Origin: a virus
Strand: one strand, 5' to 3'
Length of the DNA stretch: 64,000 nt
Virus record (IMG/VR): IMGVR_UViG_3300022700_000179
Coordinates: 41,714-105,713 of that record
The translations under genes and the position numbers were made by a program. The notes beneath the pieces were generated by a model, which did no database searches, was not told the DNA's origin, and saw only the letters and a list, made by a program, of their open reading frames with translations. Below are positions 28,409-37,593 of the stretch, in pieces (the first letter of the stretch is position 1; each line of letters starts with the position of its first letter).

Positions 28409-28726
28409 ATGGAACGTGTATCCGATATAAAAAAGACACTCTCAGACTTAGATATTTCTGAACCAGAGTCTGTGGGGCGCTTTTACGTCGTAGCCTTAGT
28501 TACAGGTCTCTCCCTTTCCTTGTCTAAGGTCGATTTTAAGTACATGCCCTCTATAAAACAAACTTGTGTGCATATATTGTATGGCCATATACCTACAATA
28601 TTTACTGTAGTCCAGGAACACAAAAAGGAACTAATGCTTGAACTCGGTGTTCTTCTACGAAAGGGGCCGAGGATGTATAGAAAATCGGCTCTACGGGAGC
28701 TAGCAACCTACGGTAAAGATAAATGA
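28409..28726 (+). CDS. Hypothetical protein
   Basis: Operon context; ATGA overlap with the next gene. Confidence 0.45.
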   Translation: MERVSDIKKTLSDLDISEPESVGRFYVVALVTGLSLSLSKVDFKYMPSIKQTCVHILYGHIPTIFTVVQEHKKELMLELGVLLRKGPRMYRKSALRELATYGKDK

Positions 28727-29007
28727 GCAGTCCAACAAAGATAATTTATAGGGGTGCTACTTACGTTCTCGCCGACGCCGCGTTAGAAAAATTCTCCGAG
28801 AAGGCCCGTGTGGTTATACCAAAGCTGTTTGAACTTTGGGTAGGTGACGAATCTAATTTCAAGAACCTGAAAGCTGTTTTCGGCGGTCAACCAGCAGACA
28901 TTATAACAGATCGGCTCCGTGACAAGTTCAGCACAGATCTGGCAGACATTGCTACATTGATTGTGGACTTTGGTCCTGCAGCAGAAAGACTCTCGAGCGA
29001 TGACTAA
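28723..29007 (+). CDS. Small protein with N-terminal YRG motif
   Basis: SPTKIIYRGATYVLAD. Confidence 0.6.
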   Translation: MSSPTKIIYRGATYVLADAALEKFSEKARVVIPKLFELWVGDESNFKNLKAVFGGQPADIITDRLRDKFSTDLADIATLIVDFGPAAERLSSDD

Positions 29008-30388
29008 TCACGAAGCTGGAAACGATGTAGATGTTGCTGCGGATGGTGTTATGCCTTTGTTGGAGGTCGGGCAACAGGTAGAGACTCCTTTAGGCCACGG
29101 CCGTATTAGTGATATTAGTCTTGTGGCTTCAGACTATGGGACCCAGGTTGAGATGGAGCCTAAGATTATGGTTGATCTCGACGATCCTGAGGAAGGTATT
29201 CCTAATACTATACAAGTTTGTATGTGTAAGCTTGGACTTGGCGACGAGAAAAAAGAAGCTATAATTCGAAAAGAATTCAGTAGGCTTTGGCCACCGATCA
29301 CGGATGAGATACCCCAAGATTCCAGAATGATCGTAGATGTCCAAAACGAATTTGCGGAGACATCCAACATGACTACTCCCAGAGACACCGAAATTAAACA
29401 GTTTCATAAATTGTATCTAGGTGCCCTACAGTCAGATTCGCTGGACCCTTCAATTCTCCGGGATATCCAGTTAGTTGCTTACAAAAAATATGTTGATCTT
29501 TCTAGAGGATCTAAGAAAATAAGGGGCCGTATCGGGGATAGCGAAGAAGGCATGGTGGTCGATGTAGGGGCAGACGGCGGCAATGAATCTGCGGTCATCT
29601 TAAAAAAGAAGAAGGGCGACGAGGGGTTTACTCGCCTACTACTTTTCCTACCCGACAGCGATTCGCTAAAATGGGTCGCAGTTCCCGAGGACGTAGAGTT
29701 TGATGGATATGATGGCAGGGATGATCTGGGGGTAGAGCCACACGTCTACGATGACATGCGTTTAAACAGTCCTGAGTTGCATACGATCCGTAGACTTCCG
29801 GAAACCTATCTACCGCATGACCCGAATTACCCTTCCAGCATAACCACTACATTATGGAGGCCAACGATTCGTATGACACCGATCCGCTATTATAACACCC
29901 GTGAGGGGGCACTGGAAGTTAAACCTGAACATGCTCCCGAAAATGAAGAAAACTTGGAAGCAAACCAACAGGATTTGGTTAACTATCCTACTCCGGACTT
30001 TGTGCCACATGAGCATCACATGGCGCCATATGAGTCGGGGCAGCCAGTGTATGAGTATAGGGAAGACAAACGTCATCCGCATGCGCCAGAATTTATAGAA
30101 CCCACAGACGAATTGGTGCAATCCGCGGCCGATTTCTGGAGAGAGTACACGTTGGCACGTCAACGTTACAATCCGGCTTTTGGTTCCCACTTGAACAAAG
30201 ACGTACACCAGTTTGTAAAGGATTTTATGTCTCTGAAGGACATGTCCAGAGATGACGCTTTGGATTTACTCCGTTACATGGTGCAAGTAGGGTATTTTCC
30301 TCCAAGTGTATACGATTCAACTGTAGACACCTTCGCAGCAGATGACGTTGGTATGACCACTCGGACGCACTACACCAACGATGCGTAG
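29000..30388 (+). CDS. Hypothetical protein (SH3-like start LEVGQQVETPLGHGRI)
   Basis: Long ORF with overlapping start/stop on both sides. Confidence 0.55.
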   Translation: MTNHEAGNDVDVAADGVMPLLEVGQQVETPLGHGRISDISLVASDYGTQVEMEPKIMVDLDDPEEGIPNTIQVCMCKLGLGDEKKEAIIRKEFSRLWPPITDEIPQDSRMIVDVQNEFAETSNMTTPRDTEIKQFHKLYLGALQSDSLDPSILRDIQLVAYKKYVDLSRGSKKIRGRIGDSEEGMVVDVGADGGNESAVILKKKKGDEGFTRLLLFLPDSDSLKWVAVPEDVEFDGYDGRDDLGVEPHVYDDMRLNSPELHTIRRLPETYLPHDPNYPSSITTTLWRPTIRMTPIRYYNTREGALEVKPEHAPENEENLEANQQDLVNYPTPDFVPHEHHMAPYESGQPVYEYREDKRHPHAPEFIEPTDELVQSAADFWREYTLARQRYNPAFGSHLNKDVHQFVKDFMSLKDMSRDDALDLLRYMVQVGYFPPSVYDSTVDTFAADDVGMTTRTHYTNDA

Positions 30389-31727
30389 TCCCACACCGAC
30401 CATAATAGAATTCCGTGGTGCATTTTATTGTATTGCGGATTCTGATGATGAGTTCGTTCAAGAGGTCGTCCTTAAGAAACTAAAGGAAAAGGGGCTGGAC
30501 CTGCCTGAAGAGATCCTTAGGGGTCCAGAAGAAACCGGCGAGCAGTATATCCCTGAGCTTACACCAAAAGATATAGAAGAAACAACGGAAGAAGTCACTG
30601 CGGTAACCCAAGCTGCCAGAGCACATGCTGAAGGCCTACTTCAAACGAATGGCATAGATTACGACCCAGATATTATCTACTCTGTCAATTTTCCTGAACT
30701 TTCCGAGGATAGGGGTTTTGTGGTTGAAGGTGAAGAGGGAGTGGAGGTAAGGTTCAAAGTTAACAAGGGTAATCTGTCACATTTTGATGGCAGCGCTTGT
30801 ATTTTTGATTACCGCTTTCCAGAGAGTATCTGGAGTCAGGTAAGGGATCGACTTCTAGGTCGAGGACGGATCACGCCCGGTGGACATGAGCTGGTCGAAT
30901 TTATTTTCCAGTTTTGCAATCATAACTTTGGTGTGTCCGCGCAAAAGGGTGCGTTGTTCGACGAACTGATTGCAGCCATTGGTTTTGTACAAGATCCGTC
31001 AAAAGTAAAAACTGATGCTTCTCGAAGACTGGAGCCGGTAGGCGGTACCCTTGAGGAGAGGCAAGAGCAAGTACTTGACTGGCTGAAAGAAATTATTCAA
31101 GAGGAAAACCAGCGCGGTAAAGGTGAGAGAACCAATTGGAATAATGAGGGTAGTGTACTAAGTACACTTAAATTTTATAGAGGCGAAAAGTTTATAAGCA
31201 AAGAACAGTATGACGAGATACTGAATTGGTTGGACACCGATTTTAGATCAATAATGGATGCCGCTGTAGCCAGGGCTCAGGGTAGTGGTGGTGGAGCGGC
31301 GGAGTCTGGTGGAGGACTAGTTAAGACCGTCGAAGAGTATGTCAAAGATCTAGCTGGTCAAGCTGGATACAATGGTCCAATACATTCGTACATTGATAAG
31401 AATACTGGTTTAATTGCATCTCAAATCGAAGCCCCCTACCGATTTGTGTACTTCCTTGAGAGGCAGGCCGGCGGAAACGTCAAGCTGGTTAGGGCATCAA
31501 TGCGTTTTTGTGACTATGACTACAGCGTAGATGACCCAGCTGACGCAGTAGAGCTACTAAAGCACGATGTCACTTTCGGAATGGCGTATAAAAATGCAGT
31601 GAATCCCAAAAAGTCTAAGCGTTACAGGAAGAAGTCCTTCGAGGATCACGTCCGGGACTACGTTTCGCAACAGGCCAAGCAGATGCAAGAGCAAGCCGGC
31701 GGCGAAGTCGAGGAGCCCATAGTGTAG
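30381..31727 (+). CDS. Hypothetical protein with N-terminal motif variant
   Basis: PTIIEFRGAFYCIAD; last gene of the late block. Confidence 0.6.
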   Translation: MRSPTPTIIEFRGAFYCIADSDDEFVQEVVLKKLKEKGLDLPEEILRGPEETGEQYIPELTPKDIEETTEEVTAVTQAARAHAEGLLQTNGIDYDPDIIYSVNFPELSEDRGFVVEGEEGVEVRFKVNKGNLSHFDGSACIFDYRFPESIWSQVRDRLLGRGRITPGGHELVEFIFQFCNHNFGVSAQKGALFDELIAAIGFVQDPSKVKTDASRRLEPVGGTLEERQEQVLDWLKEIIQEENQRGKGERTNWNNEGSVLSTLKFYRGEKFISKEQYDEILNWLDTDFRSIMDAAVARAQGSGGGAAESGGGLVKTVEEYVKDLAGQAGYNGPIHSYIDKNTGLIASQIEAPYRFVYFLERQAGGNVKLVRASMRFCDYDYSVDDPADAVELLKHDVTFGMAYKNAVNPKKSKRYRKKSFEDHVRDYVSQQAKQMQEQAGGEVEEPIV

Positions 31728-31833
31728 CTTCGCCCACATTTCGAGATCGTATATCTGCGGTCACCCTCCAAACTTTTCTCACCCCGTTATCTTAACGTGT
31801 TGTTTTTGTTAAGGATCTATTTTAGATAAATCC

Positions 31834-31861
31834 TTGACAATGTCGCACCCTTTCGTACAAT
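31834..31861 (+). promoter_or_regulatory. Sigma70-type promoter for the sigma-like gene
   Basis: TTGACA-16 nt-TACAAT with an AT-rich upstream tract. Confidence 0.65.
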
Positions 31862-31998
31862 CGGATCTACCTTGCGAACAAATCTACGCATAGACTGGCG
31901 CGATACCAGGACTACTCTTTTCCTAGTCGTATAGGAACACTGGGCTGAACTGGGACGAGTAGTATCTCGTCCCCAACATCACTTGACGGGGGTTCCCT

Positions 31999-33339
31999 AT
32001 GACAGAAGGGCTGCGGGCTTGCGTTCTGCAGGCGACGAATGGGTTTACTGTACCTGACCTCACCAAAAAACGGATCTTGAGATTAATAGCTCTATATTCG
32101 TGCAGGCTTATCTCATCAAAAGATTATCGTAAAGCTGTTAAGCGGGTCTTCCCCAAAAATACTTGTATGCAAGCTAAACTTCTGTATTTAAAGGACTACT
32201 TGGAACATTCTACTATTAGAAATGACCTTTTCCGTGCAATCTACGAGCTTGTTCAGCATACCAAATTGCACGATAAGTTTATCCTTACTACGGCGCTCGA
32301 GTATGGGCTAGAGCCAGAGGAACTGTTGGCCTTTTACCGGATACTGAATGCCGGTGAGCACACTAAAATTCGCGATTTGGAAGTACCGCCAAGTGAGTGG
32401 GACTTAAATCGAATTGCAGATCTGATGATGTATTTGGACCGCATCATCACTAATTTTGCACGTAGATACCTAACCTACGTCCTTACCCATGATAGATCCA
32501 AAGAGAACATTGCAGACCTGGCGGGGGATCTTCGTACGCAGGCCATGAAAGTGATACGTGAGTATGAAGTGGCTAACCTTACCGAAGACCATATGACTAA
32601 AATGGTAGTCAGAAGCGTTCGCCATTTTGCAGCGAACCAGGCAGAGTCATATGGCAGGGAAAAACGAGCAGCTGTAAAACGTGTCAAGCACAAAGATCTT
32701 TACCGAATTGCTTGGTACTTGAATATTCAGGACATGACTATTACTCCGGTACGTGTTCGACCGGATATTGAGGATCGAGTACGCATACATGGCAATATGT
32801 GCGTGAAGGTTTCCATGCCCAGCAAGGATAAACAACTAATACACCTGAAACGGCTTTACGAGACTGAGGAGGAAGCATACAGCGCTTTAGAACTGCGACG
32901 TCTTGGTAAATACAGTAAACGTCACCACTACATCGACTTGTCTCCCCGTCAACGTGATGAATTTCGGAAGACGTCCACATCTATTTACAAAACTGTCGAG
33001 GGAGAGGATGGTGAATCCCTACCATTGGTCGAACGCCTTCCAGATGAGTCTAGCGAATTTAGCGTAGAGCCAGATGATTCCTTTGAGCATCTGCTACGTA
33101 CCGCCGACGTGACTGTTCGGGAATTCGCGACATTAGTCAGTGACCCACATGATCCCTTCTTTCTGTCCTATGCTGCTTCCGTTGGTGTTGATCCCGGTAC
33201 GTGTAGTTGCAAGAAGTTAGGTAAACTGGTTTGTTCTTTTTTGGGAACTACAAAAGACAAAGTGCGCAGTGGCCTATTAGACACCCCATGCTCAATTTGG
33301 ACGCAGGAACAAATAGGGCAGTTGACGCAGCAAACGTAG
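31999..33339 (+). CDS. Divergent sigma70-like transcription factor (putative late sigma)
   Basis: Region-2-like ADLAGDLRTQAMKVIREYE...VVRSVRHFAANQAESYGREKR; region-3.2-like TSIYKTVEGEDGESLPLVERLPD; HTH-like C-terminus. Confidence 0.5.
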   Translation: MTEGLRACVLQATNGFTVPDLTKKRILRLIALYSCRLISSKDYRKAVKRVFPKNTCMQAKLLYLKDYLEHSTIRNDLFRAIYELVQHTKLHDKFILTTALEYGLEPEELLAFYRILNAGEHTKIRDLEVPPSEWDLNRIADLMMYLDRIITNFARRYLTYVLTHDRSKENIADLAGDLRTQAMKVIREYEVANLTEDHMTKMVVRSVRHFAANQAESYGREKRAAVKRVKHKDLYRIAWYLNIQDMTITPVRVRPDIEDRVRIHGNMCVKVSMPSKDKQLIHLKRLYETEEEAYSALELRRLGKYSKRHHYIDLSPRQRDEFRKTSTSIYKTVEGEDGESLPLVERLPDESSEFSVEPDDSFEHLLRTADVTVREFATLVSDPHDPFFLSYAASVGVDPGTCSCKKLGKLVCSFLGTTKDKVRSGLLDTPCSIWTQEQIGQLTQQT

Positions 33340-33348
33340 GAGTAGTCA

Positions 33349-34056
33349 ATGTCTCAGCTAAACCACCTGATTTTTCACATTGCTAGCGTAACACCAGACT
33401 ATGCGGGCGACGGGTTTCCTCCAGTGTCTGCCCACAGAATTGTCAGCGTAGCGTCTTGTCTATTAACACAAGAAGGGCCTGCTAATAGTGCAAACGTACA
33501 TTTTGACGCCAACACACTAGTACCAAAGAAGGTCAAGGAGCGGGATCTCGTCAGATCGTTCTTCGCTAGTGTGACAGAAGGACGAAAACTGGTGTCTGCT
33601 TTTAGTTCTATCTATTCAATTCCGGTGCTGATTTACCGTGCCCTATACCACGCTGTTCCAGAGGCAAGCAACTTTTTCCGACAGCGTGCTTTTTACGATA
33701 ACCCGTTTGAGGGGCATATAGATCTTGCCTTCATTCTGTCCAATGGTGGGGCAGTAAACGGTCCTAATTTTAACGAGCTGGCCCAGACTATGGCCCTTCC
33801 GCCCTTCAAACGTTCTGATGTATCGGAATCATTCCGAAAAGGAGAACTAGCGCCCATAGAAGCCCAGCTTGGTTTGGACGTTTTGGTCCTTACCTTGTCC
33901 TTCTTGCGATTTAGCTACGTATCAGGTGATCTACCGCTGGATTCTTACCAGGAGGTAGGCAAGAAAGTTTTGAAGGAGTTTGCAGGCGATATCGCTCTTT
34001 GCCGAGATTATCTGAATCGAATGAGTCCAAAGAAATTTTTCTGCGTAGGGAGCTGA
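33349..34056 (+). CDS. PolB-related 3'-5' exonuclease family protein, catalytically degenerate
   Basis: FPP..HRIVSV, IPVLIYRAL, HIDL, DVL..L.FLRF retained; ExoI DIET reads HIAS and ExoII NG..FD reads AFSSIYS. Confidence 0.6.
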   Translation: MSQLNHLIFHIASVTPDYAGDGFPPVSAHRIVSVASCLLTQEGPANSANVHFDANTLVPKKVKERDLVRSFFASVTEGRKLVSAFSSIYSIPVLIYRALYHAVPEASNFFRQRAFYDNPFEGHIDLAFILSNGGAVNGPNFNELAQTMALPPFKRSDVSESFRKGELAPIEAQLGLDVLVLTLSFLRFSYVSGDLPLDSYQEVGKKVLKEFAGDIALCRDYLNRMSPKKFFCVGS

Positions 34057-34506
34057 CTACCACATTTGTGCTTTGGGATCGTCGCCTAGCCGCAAAGCCT
34101 TGACCAACCTTTGAATATCATTCTCATACGTCTGTGCCCTGTTCCATCTTTCCCCACATACTAAGCAAGTTACCTTACCTTCCTCCCCCTTGAAGTGCCG
34201 CGTTCCGCAGGATGGACACACTTGACAGGTTTGGCACACGTGAGGGGCCCTGTCCAGGTGGTGCCAGGGACTGTCAGCTCGGTGGCTAACCTCTCCAGTA
34301 CATACCTGACAGATAGTTCTGGCTTCATGCTTTCTGTGGTGGTACAGGGCCAGCTCGATTTCGAATGCGTCCATCGAATGCCAGATATTCCCACATTCTG
34401 TGCACAGGATACGCTCCCCGACCCCTTTGCTCTTGGTGTTGATATAGTTCCCGTGTTGCAGGGAGTGTCGGTGTTCACAAATGGGACATGTTTTTAGGTC
34501 AGGCAT
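34057..34506 (-). CDS. Multi-CxxC Zn-finger protein
   Basis: Six CxxC pairs; GGAGG SD; own promoter. Confidence 0.6.
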   Translation of the reverse strand: MPDLKTCPICEHRHSLQHGNYINTKSKGVGERILCTECGNIWHSMDAFEIELALYHHRKHEARTICQVCTGEVSHRADSPWHHLDRAPHVCQTCQVCPSCGTRHFKGEEGKVTCLVCGERWNRAQTYENDIQRLVKALRLGDDPKAQMW

Positions 34507-34534
34507 GATTACCTCCGTTCGTTGGTGTACTACG

Positions 34535-34563
34535 AAGGTAACCTCTTATTCGGTGTGTGTCAA
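34535..34563 (-). promoter_or_regulatory. Sigma70-type promoter
   Basis: TTGACA-17 nt-TACCTT on the minus strand. Confidence 0.6.
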
Positions 34564-34569
34564 GGTGTG

Positions 34570-35360
34570 TTAGTGTAGGGGACTGTAAGATTGCTGAATC
34601 TTTGTGAAGTTGCTGACGACGTCTACATGCCTGGGTTCGCTGTCCAGGATTACCTCGTTGTCTGCGGTGTCAATGTGGAATACTCTTGCTATACCGTATT
34701 GACCTGCTACAAGATATAACTGCAAGGACCATACTTTAAGCGCATTGCTCCTGACCCACTCCGGGTAGTAATCCAGCCGGAATTTACCTAGACCTTGGCA
34801 AGAAGGACTGAATCGAACCTCCAAACATGTCTCGTTGCTACTCACATCCGGTCTTATTTGGATATATTGGGGTGACACTTTTTGTATAAATTTTTCTGCC
34901 TGTCGTGTAGATGGTAATACAACAGATGCGGTAGGAACCTCCGGCATTTCCCATCCGTATACATCGAACACTACACTGGACATGATGCACTTACAGTCCA
35001 AGCGGAGCGTGAGTTCTTGCATTAGTTCACCATGTTTCCGCTATTAGACTCAGCGCTGGGGAAGGATAAATTTATCCCCCACCCAATATCGAGTGTATCT
35101 GCCAGCTCGTTGATGAAGTCAGGATCATTTGCCTCTTTCAAACATTGAAGAAAAACAGGTACAACCTGCCGCATTGCTAAGTCCATGGCATACTTGAATA
35201 TAATGCTGCATACGTCCATTCTATTTAGATCTTTATAATTATTTAGTCTATCCAATACTTCTTCCAGGCCGGTGTTTCCTTCTAAGTTCTCTTTCAGCGC
35301 CTCTTTGAAGGCTACGATAAAGTCGAGGTGCCTGGAAATGTTTTCATTGTTGACCATCAT
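34570..35360 (-). CDS. Two hypothetical proteins (34570..35022, 35022..35360)
   Basis: Coupled ORFs in the minus-strand operon. Confidence 0.5.
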
Positions 35361-35371
35361 ACGAACCTCTC

Positions 35372-35926
35372 CTATTGCAGTTTTTCTTGCCGTGGGCGAT
35401 CTTGTGGGACGGCTTCATGCAGCCACTCAATCCAGAATCGCCACTGTTCAGGAACTTGATTTTTGTTTATGGCTTCTACCAGTAGCGTAGGCATCCAGTT
35501 AGGCCGTGCAGGTTTGTGTAGTAAAGGCATGCCTGCTTCTTTAGGGGTCCTATTGTTTTTCTTTTGATTGCAAGGTTCGCACGCAGTTACGATATTGCCC
35601 CATGTAGTTTTTCCACCCCTCGATCGGGGCACAACGTGGTCGTAGGTAAGCAGTTTTTCTTTGAACCGTTTTCCGCAGTATTGGCATCGCCATTGATCTC
35701 TGGCATATATATGCCATCGATCCATAGGAACCTTTTGTAGGAACTTATGATTGTTACACGTCAACCGTATAACAGCCGGCATCTTTGCATCTATGTACTT
35801 AGAGCGTAGAGGGATATCGTAACATGCAACAACCTCGACCTTTTCTAGTATCCAAGCCGTTACTGCATCTCGCCAGCGAACGAGACGTATGGGTTCATAT
35901 CCTCGATTTAACAAAAGCGTCTGCAT
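35372..35926 (-). CDS. HNH endonuclease (McrA-like)
   Basis: LLLNRGYEP, RDQWRCQYCG, DHVVPRSRGG..WGNIVTACEPCNQKK. Confidence 0.9.
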   Translation of the reverse strand: MQTLLLNRGYEPIRLVRWRDAVTAWILEKVEVVACYDIPLRSKYIDAKMPAVIRLTCNNHKFLQKVPMDRWHIYARDQWRCQYCGKRFKEKLLTYDHVVPRSRGGKTTWGNIVTACEPCNQKKNNRTPKEAGMPLLHKPARPNWMPTLLVEAINKNQVPEQWRFWIEWLHEAVPQDRPRQEKLQ

Positions 35927-35937
35927 TTTACATAACC

Positions 35938-36717
35938 TTAGTATTTTTGTTCCATCGTTTCATCGTGTAAAAGTTTTCTAGTATAGTAGTGATCTCTAGC
36001 CCATACGCTCTTCCAGTATATAGCACTTATGCCTGTGGGTGTAAAGGAGCTGTTGTGAGATTCGACATTCAGCAAGTCATTGTGCTCTTTAACGCATTCC
36101 ATTACAGACTGTGCTAATATCAATACTTCATCGGCGATTTTTTCAATTGGTAGCGTTGCGTCCAAAACAGCAGTACAGACTGTACTAGTACGTAAATGAC
36201 GCGCGAGCTTTAGATACTCACCAGCTATTTTCTTCTGGAACTCTATCTTTTCGTATATCTCTTTTGTTCCGCCCCTAGCATCAACTCTGTTCATAGCCTC
36301 CTCTTCCTTTCCAGCCATGTCCAACAGTATGGTAAGGTGAGGAGGTGCAGCTGCTAGGTAACGGTATATACCGGCCAACCATTCTTTTGTAAGGCTTTGT
36401 CCTTGATATACTTCCCAAGATAAATGATAGCGGTCACATACCACTATTTTCTCCTCCTCTATCCAGGGAACGATCTTTCCCCAGTAGTGCTCGTATCGGT
36501 CCAGTAAGAATTGCGCGGCTAGTGTTTCCGGTTGTGTGCACACGAATTCGCCAGATAGGCACTTCCGGATCAACTTCCCGATTGGGGAGTCAGTAGGTTC
36601 AAAAGTGAACTCAGCCTTTTTACCTAACTTGATTAATCTCTCGGTTAGCAACTTGGCCTGAGTGGTATGACCGGAACCATCTATACCTTCAAAAACAACG
36701 AAAATTGGGGTTGTCAT
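35938..36717 (-). CDS. tmk: Thymidylate kinase-like protein (P-loop Lys replaced by His)
   Basis: FVVFEGIDGSGHTTQ, TFEPT..IG..IR, DRYEH, VCDRY. Confidence 0.85.
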   Translation of the reverse strand: MTTPIFVVFEGIDGSGHTTQAKLLTERLIKLGKKAEFTFEPTDSPIGKLIRKCLSGEFVCTQPETLAAQFLLDRYEHYWGKIVPWIEEEKIVVCDRYHLSWEVYQGQSLTKEWLAGIYRYLAAAPPHLTILLDMAGKEEEAMNRVDARGGTKEIYEKIEFQKKIAGEYLKLARHLRTSTVCTAVLDATLPIEKIADEVLILAQSVMECVKEHNDLLNVESHNSSFTPTGISAIYWKSVWARDHYYTRKLLHDETMEQKY

Positions 36718-36729
36718 TGTTTGTCCCTT

Positions 36730-36939
36730 CTAAACAAACAGGGTTGTTAGTATAGCTACTATTACGGTCAGTACTGTCCCTATAAGGAATCCACGCCAAA
36801 AACTATAATAGGCTACCGCATCTAGTAGATTGAAGAATAGCGATTCGCCGACTTCTCCGTGGTGTTTGTTTATTAAACTCCGTAGTTGGTCCGATGTGTT
36901 CTCAATAAATTCCTGGTCTTTCTTGTAATCGTCAGTCAT
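36730..36939 (-). CDS. Small membrane protein
   Basis: C-terminal TM segment. Confidence 0.5.
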   Translation of the reverse strand: MTDDYKKDQEFIENTSDQLRSLINKHHGEVGESLFFNLLDAVAYYSFWRGFLIGTVLTVIVAILTTLFV

Positions 36940-37568
36940 TTCGTTTTGTTGTCCGCAACTATGATGTATTCAATAGCCGAGTTTACGTAGTTTTCTCCTG
37001 CTTTAATCACAGAAATGGCTTTCTCTAGGATCTTCAACGTTCGAGCAGTTACATACCCTTCTGCCGACAACTCAGTGTCTGTAGTGTAGTTTTGTAATCT
37101 GACTTGGACCCTGAAAGCAGCGTCGGCTGTCAATGCATCATTATAAGCTAACAGCTCCGCAACCTTGTGTTCATCCCATGTAATTGGCTTGCCTTCGATT
37201 GGCATACGTAGTCGATTTAATCTCGTTGCGCATTTCTCCAAAGAATAACCATCTTCGGTGCGCCACTTTTCTATTAATTTAGTGATTTCCTTTCTAGGCA
37301 GAGGTTCAGCTGCTTGGTACGTGTTGGATCTGTCTTCTGCATTCCTGTGTTTTTGTAAGTAACCGGCATAGAAATTTCTTACGCCCTTTCCTGTGCAGTA
37401 TGCACGTCCTGGTTTTAAAGAATAACCGCACCAGTTCAGGTGTCTGGCTATTTTTGTCCACTCTTTTTTGGTTAAGTCTCCTGAAAGGGGTAGTCGCAAC
37501 TGGTTTAGCTGTTTTTGTATTTCCTCAAATATTAATGTGTTGTGTTCTTTTGTATAACTGTAGCCCAT
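36936..37568 (-). CDS. DNA-binding protein with two recombinase-domain-like HTH repeats
   Basis: WTKIARHLNWCGY and YSLEKCATRLNRLRMP...W. Confidence 0.45.
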   Translation of the reverse strand: MGYSYTKEHNTLIFEEIQKQLNQLRLPLSGDLTKKEWTKIARHLNWCGYSLKPGRAYCTGKGVRNFYAGYLQKHRNAEDRSNTYQAAEPLPRKEITKLIEKWRTEDGYSLEKCATRLNRLRMPIEGKPITWDEHKVAELLAYNDALTADAAFRVQVRLQNYTTDTELSAEGYVTARTLKILEKAISVIKAGENYVNSAIEYIIVADNKTK

Positions 37569-37593
37569 CTGGCGTAGTCTCCCTAACTGTTAG

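Noticed and set aside
13275-30437. YKG motifs as a DNA-level mobile repeat or DGR target
   Set aside because: Nucleotide sequences diverge at synonymous sites; no terminal repeats, no reverse transcriptase and no adenine-specific TR/VR pair seen.
34054-34059. Strand switch as a replication terminus or genome end
   Set aside because: The two stop codons simply abut; no repeats, att-like sites or non-coding gap.
35372-35926. HNH gene as a mobile homing element or terminase-associated HNH
   Set aside because: It is the common stand-alone McrA-like family, not inside an intron and far from terL.
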